From Candidatus Omnitrophota bacterium (GTDB lineage: Bacteria; Omnitrophota; Gorgyraeia; Gygaellales; Profunditerraquicolaceae): DNA of 64,000 nucleotides. Both the position numbers and the translations under genes were made by a program. How positions within the stretch are numbered: position 1 is the stretch's first letter; each line of letters starts with the position of its first letter. The stretch is taken from NCBI GenBank assembly GCA_041662125.1, contig JBAZTA010000003.1, positions 331,330-395,329 of the forward strand, given 5' to 3'. Under the pieces are notes generated by a model, which was given only the letters and a program-made list of their open reading frames with translations, ran no database searches and was not told where the DNA came from. Below, one piece after another: positions 10,630-20,119 of the stretch.

Positions 10630-11742
10630 CTACGCGATGACGATATCATCGCAATGAATAATTTCTTTATGGTAACGCCCGCCCTTGGCTTTTTCCAGAG
10701 CCCCCCGTGAGATACAAATCTTACCCCGGGCAAATTCACTGCCACTATCGTCAACGATACGCACGATCTCTCCCGGTTCAAAATCACCTTCGATCCCGGT
10801 AATTCCTACTGCCAGAAGGCTCTTATTATTCATCAACGCCTGCCGGGCACCCGTATCGACTTTAACCGTACCTTTAGGCTTACTGCCAAAAGCTATCCAG
10901 CGCTGCCGGGCAGCCAATCCTTTCTTAGGCACAAAAAGAGTCCCGTATGCGGACGGCTCGTTCGTCACTAATTGAATGATATTCTTGCGCCTGCCGTTTG
11001 CGATAACACAAGGGATTCCCGATTCAACCGCGATCTTGGCTGCTTCGATCTTCGTGATCATTCCGCCGACACAGGTCTTCTTCTGTGTCGGAGAAGCAAG
11101 TGCTTTTATTTTCGCAGTGATCTCTGCAACAACCGGGATCACTGATTTATTCTCATCAAGCAAACCGTCAACATCAGAAAGAATGATCAAAAGGTCAGCC
11201 GAAATTAAACTCGCCACTAATGCCGAAAGGCGGTCATTATCGCCAAACTTGATCTCATCGGTAGAAACCGTATCGTTCTCATTAATGATAGGGACGATCC
11301 TGCCTGCCTGTCCGGTAGGCTTTTTGCCGCATTTCGTATGGTATTCCAAAAGAGTGCCCAAGGTATTCTTCGCGTTTAAATAACGCGTACGCTCGTTAAA
11401 ATCCTCCCATGTGAGAAGTATTTGCGCGGCATGAAAACCTCGCCGCTGTAAAAACCTGTTATAAGCATTCATTAACTCGTTCTGCCCCAAAGCAGCGGCG
11501 GCCTGAAGCGAACTTAAAGCTTTCGGGCGCTGCGTCAAGCCCAGGATACTCATTCCCAGCGCGATCGCCCCAGAAGACACAACCGCTACTTCAGCGCCTT
11601 CTTCAACCAATTGAATAAATTGCCTGGCAATATCATCAAAAATACGCAGATCTAACGCATTTTGAGTTGAACAAAAAAGGCTGCTGCCGATCTTTATAAC
11701 AACACGCTTATATTTTCTTTCGTATGGCTTTAATGAGCTCAT
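10630..11742 (-). CDS. proB: Glutamate 5-kinase with C-terminal PUA domain
   Basis: Amino-acid kinase N-domain (KRVVIKIGSS) and a PUA-like C-terminus. Confidence 0.9.
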   Translation of the reverse strand: MSSLKPYERKYKRVVIKIGSSLFCSTQNALDLRIFDDIARQFIQLVEEGAEVAVVSSGAIALGMSILGLTQRPKALSSLQAAAALGQNELMNAYNRFLQRRGFHAAQILLTWEDFNERTRYLNAKNTLGTLLEYHTKCGKKPTGQAGRIVPIINENDTVSTDEIKFGDNDRLSALVASLISADLLIILSDVDGLLDENKSVIPVVAEITAKIKALASPTQKKTCVGGMITKIEAAKIAVESGIPCVIANGRRKNIIQLVTNEPSAYGTLFVPKKGLAARQRWIAFGSKPKGTVKVDTGARQALMNNKSLLAVGITGIEGDFEPGEIVRIVDDSGSEFARGKICISRGALEKAKGGRYHKEIIHCDDIVIA

Positions 11743-12661
11743 CCAAACCTTCCTGTTTCAGTGCGGAAATCGGATAGATCTTCTTTTTTACAGCCTTTTT
11801 AAACCGCTCGAGGTTTACCTGGCTATTTTCCAGGTCCATTTTATTTGCCACGAGAACCTGCGGCTTTTTGGCGACTTCCAGGCTATACCCCTTTAACTCC
11901 TCATTGATCTTTTGGTAGTCAACGATAGGGTCACGGCCTTCAGTCCCTGCCATATCAATGATATGAACAAGGATTTTTGTCCGTTCTACATGCCGCAAAA
12001 ACCTATCTCCCAAACCCCGGCCTTGATGAGAACCTTCGATCAAACCCGGAATATCAGCGATCACAAAAGATTCCTCATCTTCACCAACAACGCCTAACAC
12101 AGGATATTTCGTGGTAAACGGATACGCGGCGATCTTTGACTGCGCGTGTGATATATCGGTAATAAGCGTGGATTTTCCCGCGTTGGGAAAACCGATAATA
12201 CCGGCATCCGCGATCAGTTTTAAGTCGATCAAGATCTCGCGTTCTTCGCCCGGAAACCCTTCAGTAGACTCATCATGATGCTTATTCCCGTGGCCGCCTT
12301 CCCCGCCACGGACAACCACCAATTCTTCCTGATCAGTATCAAGATTCCCTAATATACAGTCTGTGGCGATATCCTTAATGATAACCCCGCAAGGCACCCG
12401 AACTATCATGTCTGCAGCGTTTTTTCCTTTCAGGTTCTTACTGGAACCATTGCCGCCTTTTTTACCGTAAAAATGCCTGTTATAGGAAAAATCAAGCAGT
12501 GTGCGCAGGTTTCGGTCTGCGCGCAAAATGATATCCGAACCGTTACCGCCCCTGCCGCCATCAGGAACACCTTGGCGTTCGTATCTGTCACGGTAAAAAC
12601 TAAAACACCCTTTTCCGCCATTACCGCCTTTTACAAAAACTTTTGCGTGATCAATAAACAT
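11708..12661 (-). CDS. obg: GTPase Obg/CgtA
   Basis: Glycine-rich Obg fold N-domain (GGNGGKG, GGRGGNG) plus a G domain (GFPNAGKST). Confidence 0.9.
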   Translation of the reverse strand: MFIDHAKVFVKGGNGGKGCFSFYRDRYERQGVPDGGRGGNGSDIILRADRNLRTLLDFSYNRHFYGKKGGNGSSKNLKGKNAADMIVRVPCGVIIKDIATDCILGNLDTDQEELVVVRGGEGGHGNKHHDESTEGFPGEEREILIDLKLIADAGIIGFPNAGKSTLITDISHAQSKIAAYPFTTKYPVLGVVGEDEESFVIADIPGLIEGSHQGRGLGDRFLRHVERTKILVHIIDMAGTEGRDPIVDYQKINEELKGYSLEVAKKPQVLVANKMDLENSQVNLERFKKAVKKKIYPISALKQEGLDELIKAIRKKI

Positions 12662-12738
12662 AAGTTTCGTTAGTCTCGTTAGGTGCGTTCAATAATGAAG
12701 TCTCAAAAAAACGCTAATAACGTATCACCAAGATATCC

Positions 12739-13053
12739 TTAACCGGCCTTTATGGTTTTAATCTCCAACTCACACAACTGTTGGCGATGGCCTTTTTTCC
12801 AATGAGAAGATTTTCTCCGGCGATACTTATATGAAATTACCTTTTTGCCTTTAACATGCTTGAGCAACACCGCCAAAACTTGAGCGCCTTCAAGATACGG
12901 CGTGCCAACCAAAATATCATCTGCGGTCACGGCTAAAAGCACTTTATCTAACGCGATTTCAGCGCCTTCTTCGGCAATGAGTTTCTCAACCCGGATAACA
13001 TCGCCTTCTTCAACCTTATACTGTTTTCCTCCAACCTCAATTACTGCATACAT
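12739..13053 (-). CDS. rplU: 50S ribosomal protein L21
   Basis: MYAVIEVGGKQYKV N-terminus. Confidence 0.9.
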   Translation of the reverse strand: MYAVIEVGGKQYKVEEGDVIRVEKLIAEEGAEIALDKVLLAVTADDILVGTPYLEGAQVLAVLLKHVKGKKVISYKYRRRKSSHWKKGHRQQLCELEIKTIKAG

Positions 13054-13359
13054 GTAGTGCCTCCTGTAATACGTCCGTACGCCTTAATACCGGACACATT
13101 GATCCCGGCATTATTTTAAATATATAAAGCCAGGATAAAATAAATTATCTGCAAAATTCTGCTCGGTGAGAATTGCTTTTTGCAGTATAAAGATATACTC
13201 TTTAAGGCATAATTTGTAAAATTATAGTATACCTTATAAATCAGAAAAATCAAGCAATAAATATAAACTGGCCGCTGCGATTACGCAGGGACATAAACAC
13301 CTTTTCTCCAATGGGTTAGCAAGGCTAAAAGCCTGGAAAAGGAGAGGATCCTAGAGAGA

Positions 13360-14841
13360 TTAAGAAATCCTTACTTCTTCTATATGCAGGGTAGGATTAG
13401 GAATCAAATTAATCCTCAATTTGTATTTTCGCTCAAAAAAGAGTAAATTCGTCTTATCACGCTGAATTTCATCTATTACCATGGGGTTTAAACACATTTC
13501 AACCTGCTTAAGGGTCTTTTCCTTCATAAATTTCTTTAATTCTTTAAACGCGTAAATTGCCATGGTAACAGCCGAACGTATCTTTCCTTTCCCGCTGCAA
13601 TAAGGGCACGTCTGAAAGGAAATGGTCTGCACCGTATTATGTATCCTCTCCCGAGTTATCTCAACCAGGCCGAATTTAGAAATACCAAGAATATCATACT
13701 TCGCTTTATCGCTGGAGAGCGCCTTCTTTAATACGTTTAAAAGCTCCCGGCGGTGAAATTCCTTTTCCATATCGATAAAATCAACGACAATGATACCGCC
13801 TAAATCCCGCAGGCGCAGTTGATGAGCCACCTCAATTGCGGCTTCACAGTTAATTTTAAACGCCGCCTCCTCTTGCCGTATTCTTTCCCTGAAGCCGCCG
13901 CTGTTAACATCAATAACAACCAACCCTTCAGTCGGCTCTATGATCAAATACGCCTTCGATTTTAAGTAAACTTTACTCTCGAATATTTCATTGATCTGTT
14001 TCTCAATATTCTTTTCCCCGAACAAATCATCTCCGCGGTAAAACTCAAGTTTTCTGGCGGCGTTCCCCAGGAAAGCGCGCATAAACCGCTGCAAGCGGTA
14101 AAACTCAGGTTTTGAATCAACAATAAGCTTGGTGACATCATCTGCAAAAGAATCCCTGATAATACGCAATATAAGATCATATTCTTCATAGATCAGAGCC
14201 GGCGTTTGTTTCCTGGTGCCTATTTTCTCAAGCCTCTTCCATAATTTAAACAAAAAACTTGCGTCACGCAGCAAATCCTGCTTCGACTTGCCGCAGGCTG
14301 CGGTCCTGACAATGTAGCCTAAATCTTTGGGAAGTTTCATTTCAGAAAGGACACTACGCAGGCGCTTTCGCTCAGCGTCATCCTCGATCCTTTTAGAAAC
14401 GCCTAATTGAGCGTCCATCGGCATAAGCACTAAATAGCGTCCTGCCAAACCCAATTGGCATGATAGCCGCGGCCCTTTAGTGCCAAAGGATTCTTTAACA
14501 ACCTGCACCAGGACCTCATGCCCTTTCTTGATCTCTTTCTTTATTTCTTTCTTAGCCGCAGGCGCTCGTGTATCACCAGGGGCCTGTTCAGAATCCCTGG
14601 CAAACGGCTCAAATGCTTCTTCTATTTCCGACAAATACAGAAACCCTTTTTTAACTAATCCAATATCAACAAAGGCGCCCGCAATAGACGGTATTACCGC
14701 CTCGATCTTACCTTTGTAGATATTTCCAACAATTGTTTTATCCTGAGAGCGTTCAATATAAAATTCTTCCAGCTGGCCGTCTTTAAGGATAGCCACCCTC
14801 TTTTCCTGGGGTTCAACATTAACTAAAATCTCTTTAGCCAT
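13360..14841 (-). CDS. rng: Ribonuclease G/E family endoribonuclease
   Basis: N-terminal S1 domain plus an RNase E/G catalytic core; 493 aa. Confidence 0.85.
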   Translation of the reverse strand: MAKEILVNVEPQEKRVAILKDGQLEEFYIERSQDKTIVGNIYKGKIEAVIPSIAGAFVDIGLVKKGFLYLSEIEEAFEPFARDSEQAPGDTRAPAAKKEIKKEIKKGHEVLVQVVKESFGTKGPRLSCQLGLAGRYLVLMPMDAQLGVSKRIEDDAERKRLRSVLSEMKLPKDLGYIVRTAACGKSKQDLLRDASFLFKLWKRLEKIGTRKQTPALIYEEYDLILRIIRDSFADDVTKLIVDSKPEFYRLQRFMRAFLGNAARKLEFYRGDDLFGEKNIEKQINEIFESKVYLKSKAYLIIEPTEGLVVIDVNSGGFRERIRQEEAAFKINCEAAIEVAHQLRLRDLGGIIVVDFIDMEKEFHRRELLNVLKKALSSDKAKYDILGISKFGLVEITRERIHNTVQTISFQTCPYCSGKGKIRSAVTMAIYAFKELKKFMKEKTLKQVEMCLNPMVIDEIQRDKTNLLFFERKYKLRINLIPNPTLHIEEVRIS

Positions 14842-14904
14842 TTTCTTTTAAAGTCAAGAATCAGTATTTTCCATTGCCTCGATCGATAAAACCCCTTCGA
14901 CAGA

Positions 14905-15255
14905 TTAATCGCTGAATTTTGACTTTACCTCCTCATATACCTGTTTAATAGTTATGCCTTCAGGCATTTGCTTTTGCAAACGCTCCTGAAAATCACGAGT
15001 ATCCAGTCTTTCACGCAAACTCACACTGGCAAGCTCGTTTTCACTCTCTAATCCTAATTTAAGCGCGCGCTTTATGCTGAATTTCGGGTGCGGGCTAAAC
15101 CCTTGAGTCATCTTGAGCGCAAAGCCCGCCCTGCGAAACGCCCGGGTAAATAAACGCATTAAATCTAAATGCGAAATATACTTCATTGCTTTGGTCTTGG
15201 TAAAAACAAAACTAAACGTATACATACAGGCCTTAAAACACAAAAGGACACCCAT
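14905..15255 (-). CDS. DUF2344-like (TIGR03936-type) protein, short form. The start is probably the internal Met (MKYISHLDLMRLF).
   Basis: ISHLDLMRLFxRAxRRAG motif typical of DUF2344, a family often adjacent to RNase G. Confidence 0.5.
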   Translation of the reverse strand: MGVLLCFKACMYTFSFVFTKTKAMKYISHLDLMRLFTRAFRRAGFALKMTQGFSPHPKFSIKRALKLGLESENELASVSLRERLDTRDFQERLQKQMPEGITIKQVYEEVKSKFSD

Positions 15256-15315
15256 GTTTCTTAATGATTTGAGTGTCCCATCTGATTTTAAAAATAAGGA
15301 ATTCCGCTTTAACGC

Positions 15316-15341
15316 AAAAAAGCAGTTACGTATCCACTGCT
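15316..15341 (-). terminator. Candidate intrinsic terminator downstream of pilQ
   Basis: On the minus strand: a 6-bp GC-containing stem (AGCAGU/ACUGCU) with a 9-nt loop, followed by UUUUUU. Confidence 0.45.
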
Positions 15342-15470
15342 GAAGCTTGAAAAAATAATAAAGCTTTTAAAACACATATCTTTTTTTGCGGTTTCAATCC
15401 CTTTAAATTAAAACAACTTCTTTTAAAACCTAGATTGGGACTCTACTCACACACCCCCAAACAAACCTAT

Positions 15471-17237
15471 TTAACGGCTTTTCTTTTTAGATGCTTTTTT
15501 TGATAATCCGCTTAATCGTTCTTCAAGCCTTGCGATATCTTCAGCGGATGTCAATTCATCGTCTTTTAAGACGTGCGCCGTAATAAATATAAGCAGATCG
15601 ACTTTTGCCGTCTTAATTGTTTCTCTCCTGAAAAAAGAACCTATGTAAGGAATTTTACTGATAAGAGGAATACCTACCACACTCTTGCTTTTTACATCTT
15701 TAAGCAAACCCCCGATAACAACCGTTTCTCCGTCTTTCATTAAAATCTGGGTCTGCGCCTCCCGAACATCGATGATCGGATAATTCGTATTGGTAGTCAC
15801 CCCGCTTGCCGTGGAAGTCGCTGTCACATTCGAAGATGAAGATGTAACGCTCGGATGCAAGATCATATTAATATAATTATCTTCGTTTACCTGAGGCACG
15901 ACATTCAAACGAATACCGATTTCCTGATAATAATCCAACGTCTGAGTAACGGTAGCTCCGGTACCGGTGGTGCTGCCGGCAGTAACTTCCGAAGCCAGGA
16001 TAGGAGTATGGACACCGACCAAAATCGATGCTTCCTGATTATCGATGGTCAAAATCCGGGGAGCAGAAAGCGTATTAGTATCGACATCTTCCTGAAGGGC
16101 ATGAAAGATAGCTTCAAATTGCGTCCCGCTTAATTTCTTAAATAAGATCTCAAGGCCGGCGTTATAAGGCTCAACCCCCAGAATCCCTTGTGTTCCGCTA
16201 TTAGACTTTGGTGAAAATATCGAAGGCAAAACCTCAGATCCAAGCGAATGAGCGCCGACAGTGCTGGCGCCTGTTTTATTCAGATCAATAGAAGAAAGTA
16301 CGTTCGATTCAGCGCCAGCGGAGCCAGTGCCCCAATCAAAACCAACATCTTTAAGTTTATCAAGGGTAACTTCCATCATTTTCGTCTCAATAAGTACCTG
16401 TTTAGGCCTCTTATCAACCTGGGGAAGAATAACATTCTTTATCCTGTCCAATGACGATGAAGTATCGGTTATAACGAGTGTCTTGGATTTTACCGACGGT
16501 TCAAATTCAGCTTTTATCGCAGATAAGCCGGTGGCAGTCCTTTCTATTGCCACCGTTTCAGTAGTCTTCTCTTTTTCTGCTTCCCTCGTTAATTCCCGGG
16601 CAGAAACCTCTTCTTTACCAATTTTAAAAGACCCGAATTTCCAGCCCTTTTGCCCTTTCGCGTACAAAACAGAAATTTTACCTCGTTGAGACAACATAGG
16701 GATTAATATCCTTTGAGCATCCTGGGCATCAAGGAACTTAAGCGTAATAATCTCTGTTTTCAACGCTTCTTCCGCCTGGATCTTGGCCATATTTTCAATT
16801 TTTGTTACCAGGATAACATTTCCTTGCTTCTGGTAACCGAAGCCGTACGTTTTAAGGATGATATCCAAGGCCTGTTCCCAGGGGACATCAACAAGTTTAA
16901 TCGTCACATTACCGAGAACATCAGGTGTGGCGACAACATTAACGCCAGCCTTGTACGATATGATCTTTAAGACATTATTAATATCCGCTTCTTTAAAATC
17001 CAGGGTAACGTTTTCTGACGCGTTTAAGCTATTGCCTATCGGCGAAGCGGCAACAGGGACTTCCGGGGCTTTGACGGCAGCAGCAGCCGGCTGTTCAATA
17101 GCCACAAGCTTGATATCCAAAGATCGCCCTGACTGGTCAGTACTCGTTTCAGCGTACGCTCTGAGTGGTACAAAAACGAACGATAAAGCCAACAGAAAAA
17201 AACTAAAAATATAAGCGCCCCGAACAATTACCTTCAT
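15471..17237 (-). CDS. pilQ: Type IV pilus secretin PilQ
   Basis: Signal peptide, secretin domain (VVIGGLLKD, IPLISKIPYIGSFF); last gene of the pilMNOPQ order. Confidence 0.85.
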   Translation of the reverse strand: MKVIVRGAYIFSFFLLALSFVFVPLRAYAETSTDQSGRSLDIKLVAIEQPAAAAVKAPEVPVAASPIGNSLNASENVTLDFKEADINNVLKIISYKAGVNVVATPDVLGNVTIKLVDVPWEQALDIILKTYGFGYQKQGNVILVTKIENMAKIQAEEALKTEIITLKFLDAQDAQRILIPMLSQRGKISVLYAKGQKGWKFGSFKIGKEEVSARELTREAEKEKTTETVAIERTATGLSAIKAEFEPSVKSKTLVITDTSSSLDRIKNVILPQVDKRPKQVLIETKMMEVTLDKLKDVGFDWGTGSAGAESNVLSSIDLNKTGASTVGAHSLGSEVLPSIFSPKSNSGTQGILGVEPYNAGLEILFKKLSGTQFEAIFHALQEDVDTNTLSAPRILTIDNQEASILVGVHTPILASEVTAGSTTGTGATVTQTLDYYQEIGIRLNVVPQVNEDNYINMILHPSVTSSSSNVTATSTASGVTTNTNYPIIDVREAQTQILMKDGETVVIGGLLKDVKSKSVVGIPLISKIPYIGSFFRRETIKTAKVDLLIFITAHVLKDDELTSAEDIARLEERLSGLSKKASKKKSR

Positions 17238-17650
17238 TATTCCTCCTTCTTTAAGATTATCTCAGAAACCTGACCCTCTTTGACAAAAAACACCCTGTCT
17301 TTCTCTATTTTTAAAACCTGCTTATCACCAATATAATCCCCGATCTTAACTACTGAGCCGTCTACTATTGCGTAAGAGATCCCATAATTATCATAAATAA
17401 TACCTTCTAATTTTATATTGCCGCTTTTTTCTTTTTTCTCAAGTTGAACGTATCTACCATCTGGTGTAACCAGTGCCACAAAAGGGTTTCTCCTGCCTTG
17501 CGTATCGTAAAGAAACGTTTCCTCTGCCCGGCAATTCAGTATATTTCTTCCAAAAAAACTTAAGCAAATGCTTAACACAAATATAAAGAACACGATCACT
17601 ATTCTTTTCATGCTCACCCTTAAGCCCATAATGCTTTTATAATTTAACAT
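17237..17650 (-). CDS. pilP: PilP-like pilus assembly protein
   Basis: Small secreted protein between pilO and pilQ; call is by position. Confidence 0.5.
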   Translation of the reverse strand: MLNYKSIMGLRVSMKRIVIVFFIFVLSICLSFFGRNILNCRAEETFLYDTQGRRNPFVALVTPDGRYVQLEKKEKSGNIKLEGIIYDNYGISYAIVDGSVVKIGDYIGDKQVLKIEKDRVFFVKEGQVSEIILKKEE

Positions 17651-18212
17651 ACGTCTTTAATAAGAGAGAGGCTTTTTGCTGTAAATAATTATCTGTCGAT
17701 TGCGAAAGCTTCATCTCCTCTACAGATATAAACGTTTCACTATTTTCCAGATCATTGATAAAAGCTCCGAAATAATGATAATTACCGGCTATATCAAGGG
17801 TGATACTGACCGGGACAGCTTTAGGCGCCTGCGCTATTTTTTTAGGATCAATTGTTTGTGTCAAAACTTCTTTAACCGGTTTTACCTGTATTATATTCAC
17901 TTTATTTTTTCCTGCAAGGAAATAAATCTCCTGCAACAAAGTAGGGACTTGTTCATCAGTCAAAAGGTGCTTCTTTTTAACTGCTGAAGCCGGTTTTACA
18001 GGCGCTGATTTCATTTTAGCCAAGCCATCTGACACCACTGCAATATCTTTATTTAACTGAGTGATGGTTTCCGCTGATTTCTTAATACCTAAGAGCTGTG
18101 CCTTCATAATAAAGGTGAAATCAACATACACAACCGTCAAAAAAACAATTCCGATCAGCACTAATTTCTGGGTATCAATAACGAGATTATCAAAATAAGC
18201 AAGTAGCTTCAT
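17637..18212 (-). CDS. pilO: PilO-like pilus assembly protein
   Basis: Single N-terminal TM plus coiled-coil; position between pilN and pilP. Confidence 0.55.
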   Translation of the reverse strand: MKLLAYFDNLVIDTQKLVLIGIVFLTVVYVDFTFIMKAQLLGIKKSAETITQLNKDIAVVSDGLAKMKSAPVKPASAVKKKHLLTDEQVPTLLQEIYFLAGKNKVNIIQVKPVKEVLTQTIDPKKIAQAPKAVPVSITLDIAGNYHYFGAFINDLENSETFISVEEMKLSQSTDNYLQQKASLLLKTYVKL

Positions 18213-18811
18213 TTTTTTCCTGCCTGCGGGATCTTTGGTTGCACCCGCGCCTGGCCCCGTAAAACAAAATCGGTTATTTCATAGGTCCCCTTGGTTTTCT
18301 TTTGGACAGAGCTTAATACTAAAGCGCTGAAATCTTTCATGAAATCCTTATCGGCGTTTAAATTACTTATAAATTTGTTGATCAGGTTCATTTCTTCTTT
18401 TTGCAACGATACCACTGTCCCGGACAATAAAAACTCTTGCGAGCCTATCGCGAGGTTATTAAACCAAACGCCGTCCGGTAAATGGTTGCTTAACTTATTG
18501 AGTTTCATTGACCAGCATATCCGCTGCGCCAGGTACTGCCCTATCAACTGATCGTCGCTCGATTGAGCGGCAGCCCCTTGATTAAAATTATTGAGCTCCA
18601 GCATTTTCGGTTGGAGTTGTTTCCAAGTGTTCGTAAGAGCGCTCACCCGAGCCGCTTTGAGTAACGAGGTAAACCCCAAATAGAAATGAAGAAGAATTAC
18701 TATGGCTAAAAAAAGCGGGATTAAAAGCAGGAAGTATTTCAGTTCAAAACTCGTTCCTGTTGGTTTTGCTTTTAATTTTAGGTCTTCCGGCAATAGATTT
18801 ATCGTAATCAT
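18209..18811 (-). CDS. pilN: PilN
   Basis: N-terminal INLLP motif followed by a TM helix. Confidence 0.7.
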   Translation of the reverse strand: MITINLLPEDLKLKAKPTGTSFELKYFLLLIPLFLAIVILLHFYLGFTSLLKAARVSALTNTWKQLQPKMLELNNFNQGAAAQSSDDQLIGQYLAQRICWSMKLNKLSNHLPDGVWFNNLAIGSQEFLLSGTVVSLQKEEMNLINKFISNLNADKDFMKDFSALVLSSVQKKTKGTYEITDFVLRGQARVQPKIPQAGKK

Positions 18812-18823
18812 ACTCTTCTTATG

Positions 18824-19846
18824 TTAGCCGCGCAGCGCTAAACCTATGACAACAGCAAGTTGGCTCTTGACAACACTCACGGTATCCGCGTCAATGTTTG
18901 ACGATAAAATTACTTTCTTCAGAGGGTCCCAATACTCAACCTCAATACCTACCAGCGTATGCAGCATCTCTTTTGCCCCCTGGAACAAACTGCCGCCGCC
19001 GCTGAGATAGATCTTCTCAACCGATGAAGCGCTCTGGCTTTCAAAATAATCAAAAGAAATCCGCACCTCCGCAGCCAAATTTGCAATAACCGGCTCTAAC
19101 ACAGCCATGACTTGAGCGGATTTCGCCGGATCATGAGATGATTTTAATTGCTCGGCGGCTTTCAGCTCCAGCCCCAGGCCCTCCCTGATTTTCTGTGTAA
19201 AACTATTCCCCGCGATAGGAATATCCCGGCTCAAGCGGGGAATACCATCTTCAATAATGCTTAAGTTACTTTGCGCCGCCCCGATATTTAAAAGCGCGGC
19301 AGCCTTATCAGGCGAATGATTTTTTTCCGTATAATTAAAATTAAACGCATTGATCAAAGCGATCGAATCAAGATCGATACCCTGGACACGTAATCCGGCA
19401 GATTCCAGTATCTTTAAACGCTGATTCAAGTATTCTTTCTTTACCGCGGCCAACAACACCAGCATCTTATTATCAGGAAGGTCTGGTTTTAAGATATATC
19501 CGTCTACATTTACCTCTGAAACAGAAAACGGTATATGTTTTTGCGCCTCAAATTTCAAAGCTTGTTTCAATTCACCCTCATTCATTTTCATGAACTGGGC
19601 GTAACGGATGATCGTCGAAGGCCCGGAAAATGACACATTGACGCGCACAGCTTCCTGAGACTTTGCCATATTTTTAAGCAGCGCTTCCAGGTCAAGCTGC
19701 ATCGGTTCGATCTGAATTCCGCAGAGTTCCACAACCTCTTTTACCATCCTGAGTTTTACGATCTTTACGGCTGAGGAGCCGATATCGATCCCTACGGACA
19801 CTTTTTCTTTCACTAATCGTTCTTTTATCTGATCAAGCAACTTCAT
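18824..19846 (-). CDS. pilM: PilM, actin-like ATPase
   Basis: VGIDIGSSAVK actin-fold phosphate-1 motif; 340 aa. Confidence 0.85.
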   Translation of the reverse strand: MKLLDQIKERLVKEKVSVGIDIGSSAVKIVKLRMVKEVVELCGIQIEPMQLDLEALLKNMAKSQEAVRVNVSFSGPSTIIRYAQFMKMNEGELKQALKFEAQKHIPFSVSEVNVDGYILKPDLPDNKMLVLLAAVKKEYLNQRLKILESAGLRVQGIDLDSIALINAFNFNYTEKNHSPDKAAALLNIGAAQSNLSIIEDGIPRLSRDIPIAGNSFTQKIREGLGLELKAAEQLKSSHDPAKSAQVMAVLEPVIANLAAEVRISFDYFESQSASSVEKIYLSGGGSLFQGAKEMLHTLVGIEVEYWDPLKKVILSSNIDADTVSVVKSQLAVVIGLALRG

Positions 19847-19861
19847 TTAGACTCCATGCGC

Positions 19862-20116
19862 TTATTGTAAAAGCTGCTCTCCTGGTGCAATCGGAGCTTC
19901 CAATTCAGGTTTTTTATCCTCAAGAAGAAGCTTTTTACCCTGACGCGCAGGGACGATCTTATTCTCCTGTCTTAAGGTTTGCGTTTTTATCGGCAACTGT
20001 TGCACAGTAACTTTAGGCTCGGTTTCAAATTGTTTAATAACCATATTAATTGCCACGATCGCAAGAAAAAATATGGCAAGAGCAATACCCACCAGCATAC
20101 CGGCCTTCTTATCCAT
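19862..20116 (-). CDS. Small single-pass membrane protein within the pilus operon
   Basis: Hydrophobic N-terminus with a charged C-terminus; no recognised family. Confidence 0.35.
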   Translation of the reverse strand: MDKKAGMLVGIALAIFFLAIVAINMVIKQFETEPKVTVQQLPIKTQTLRQENKIVPARQGKKLLLEDKKPELEAPIAPGEQLLQ

Positions 20117-20119
20117 TTT

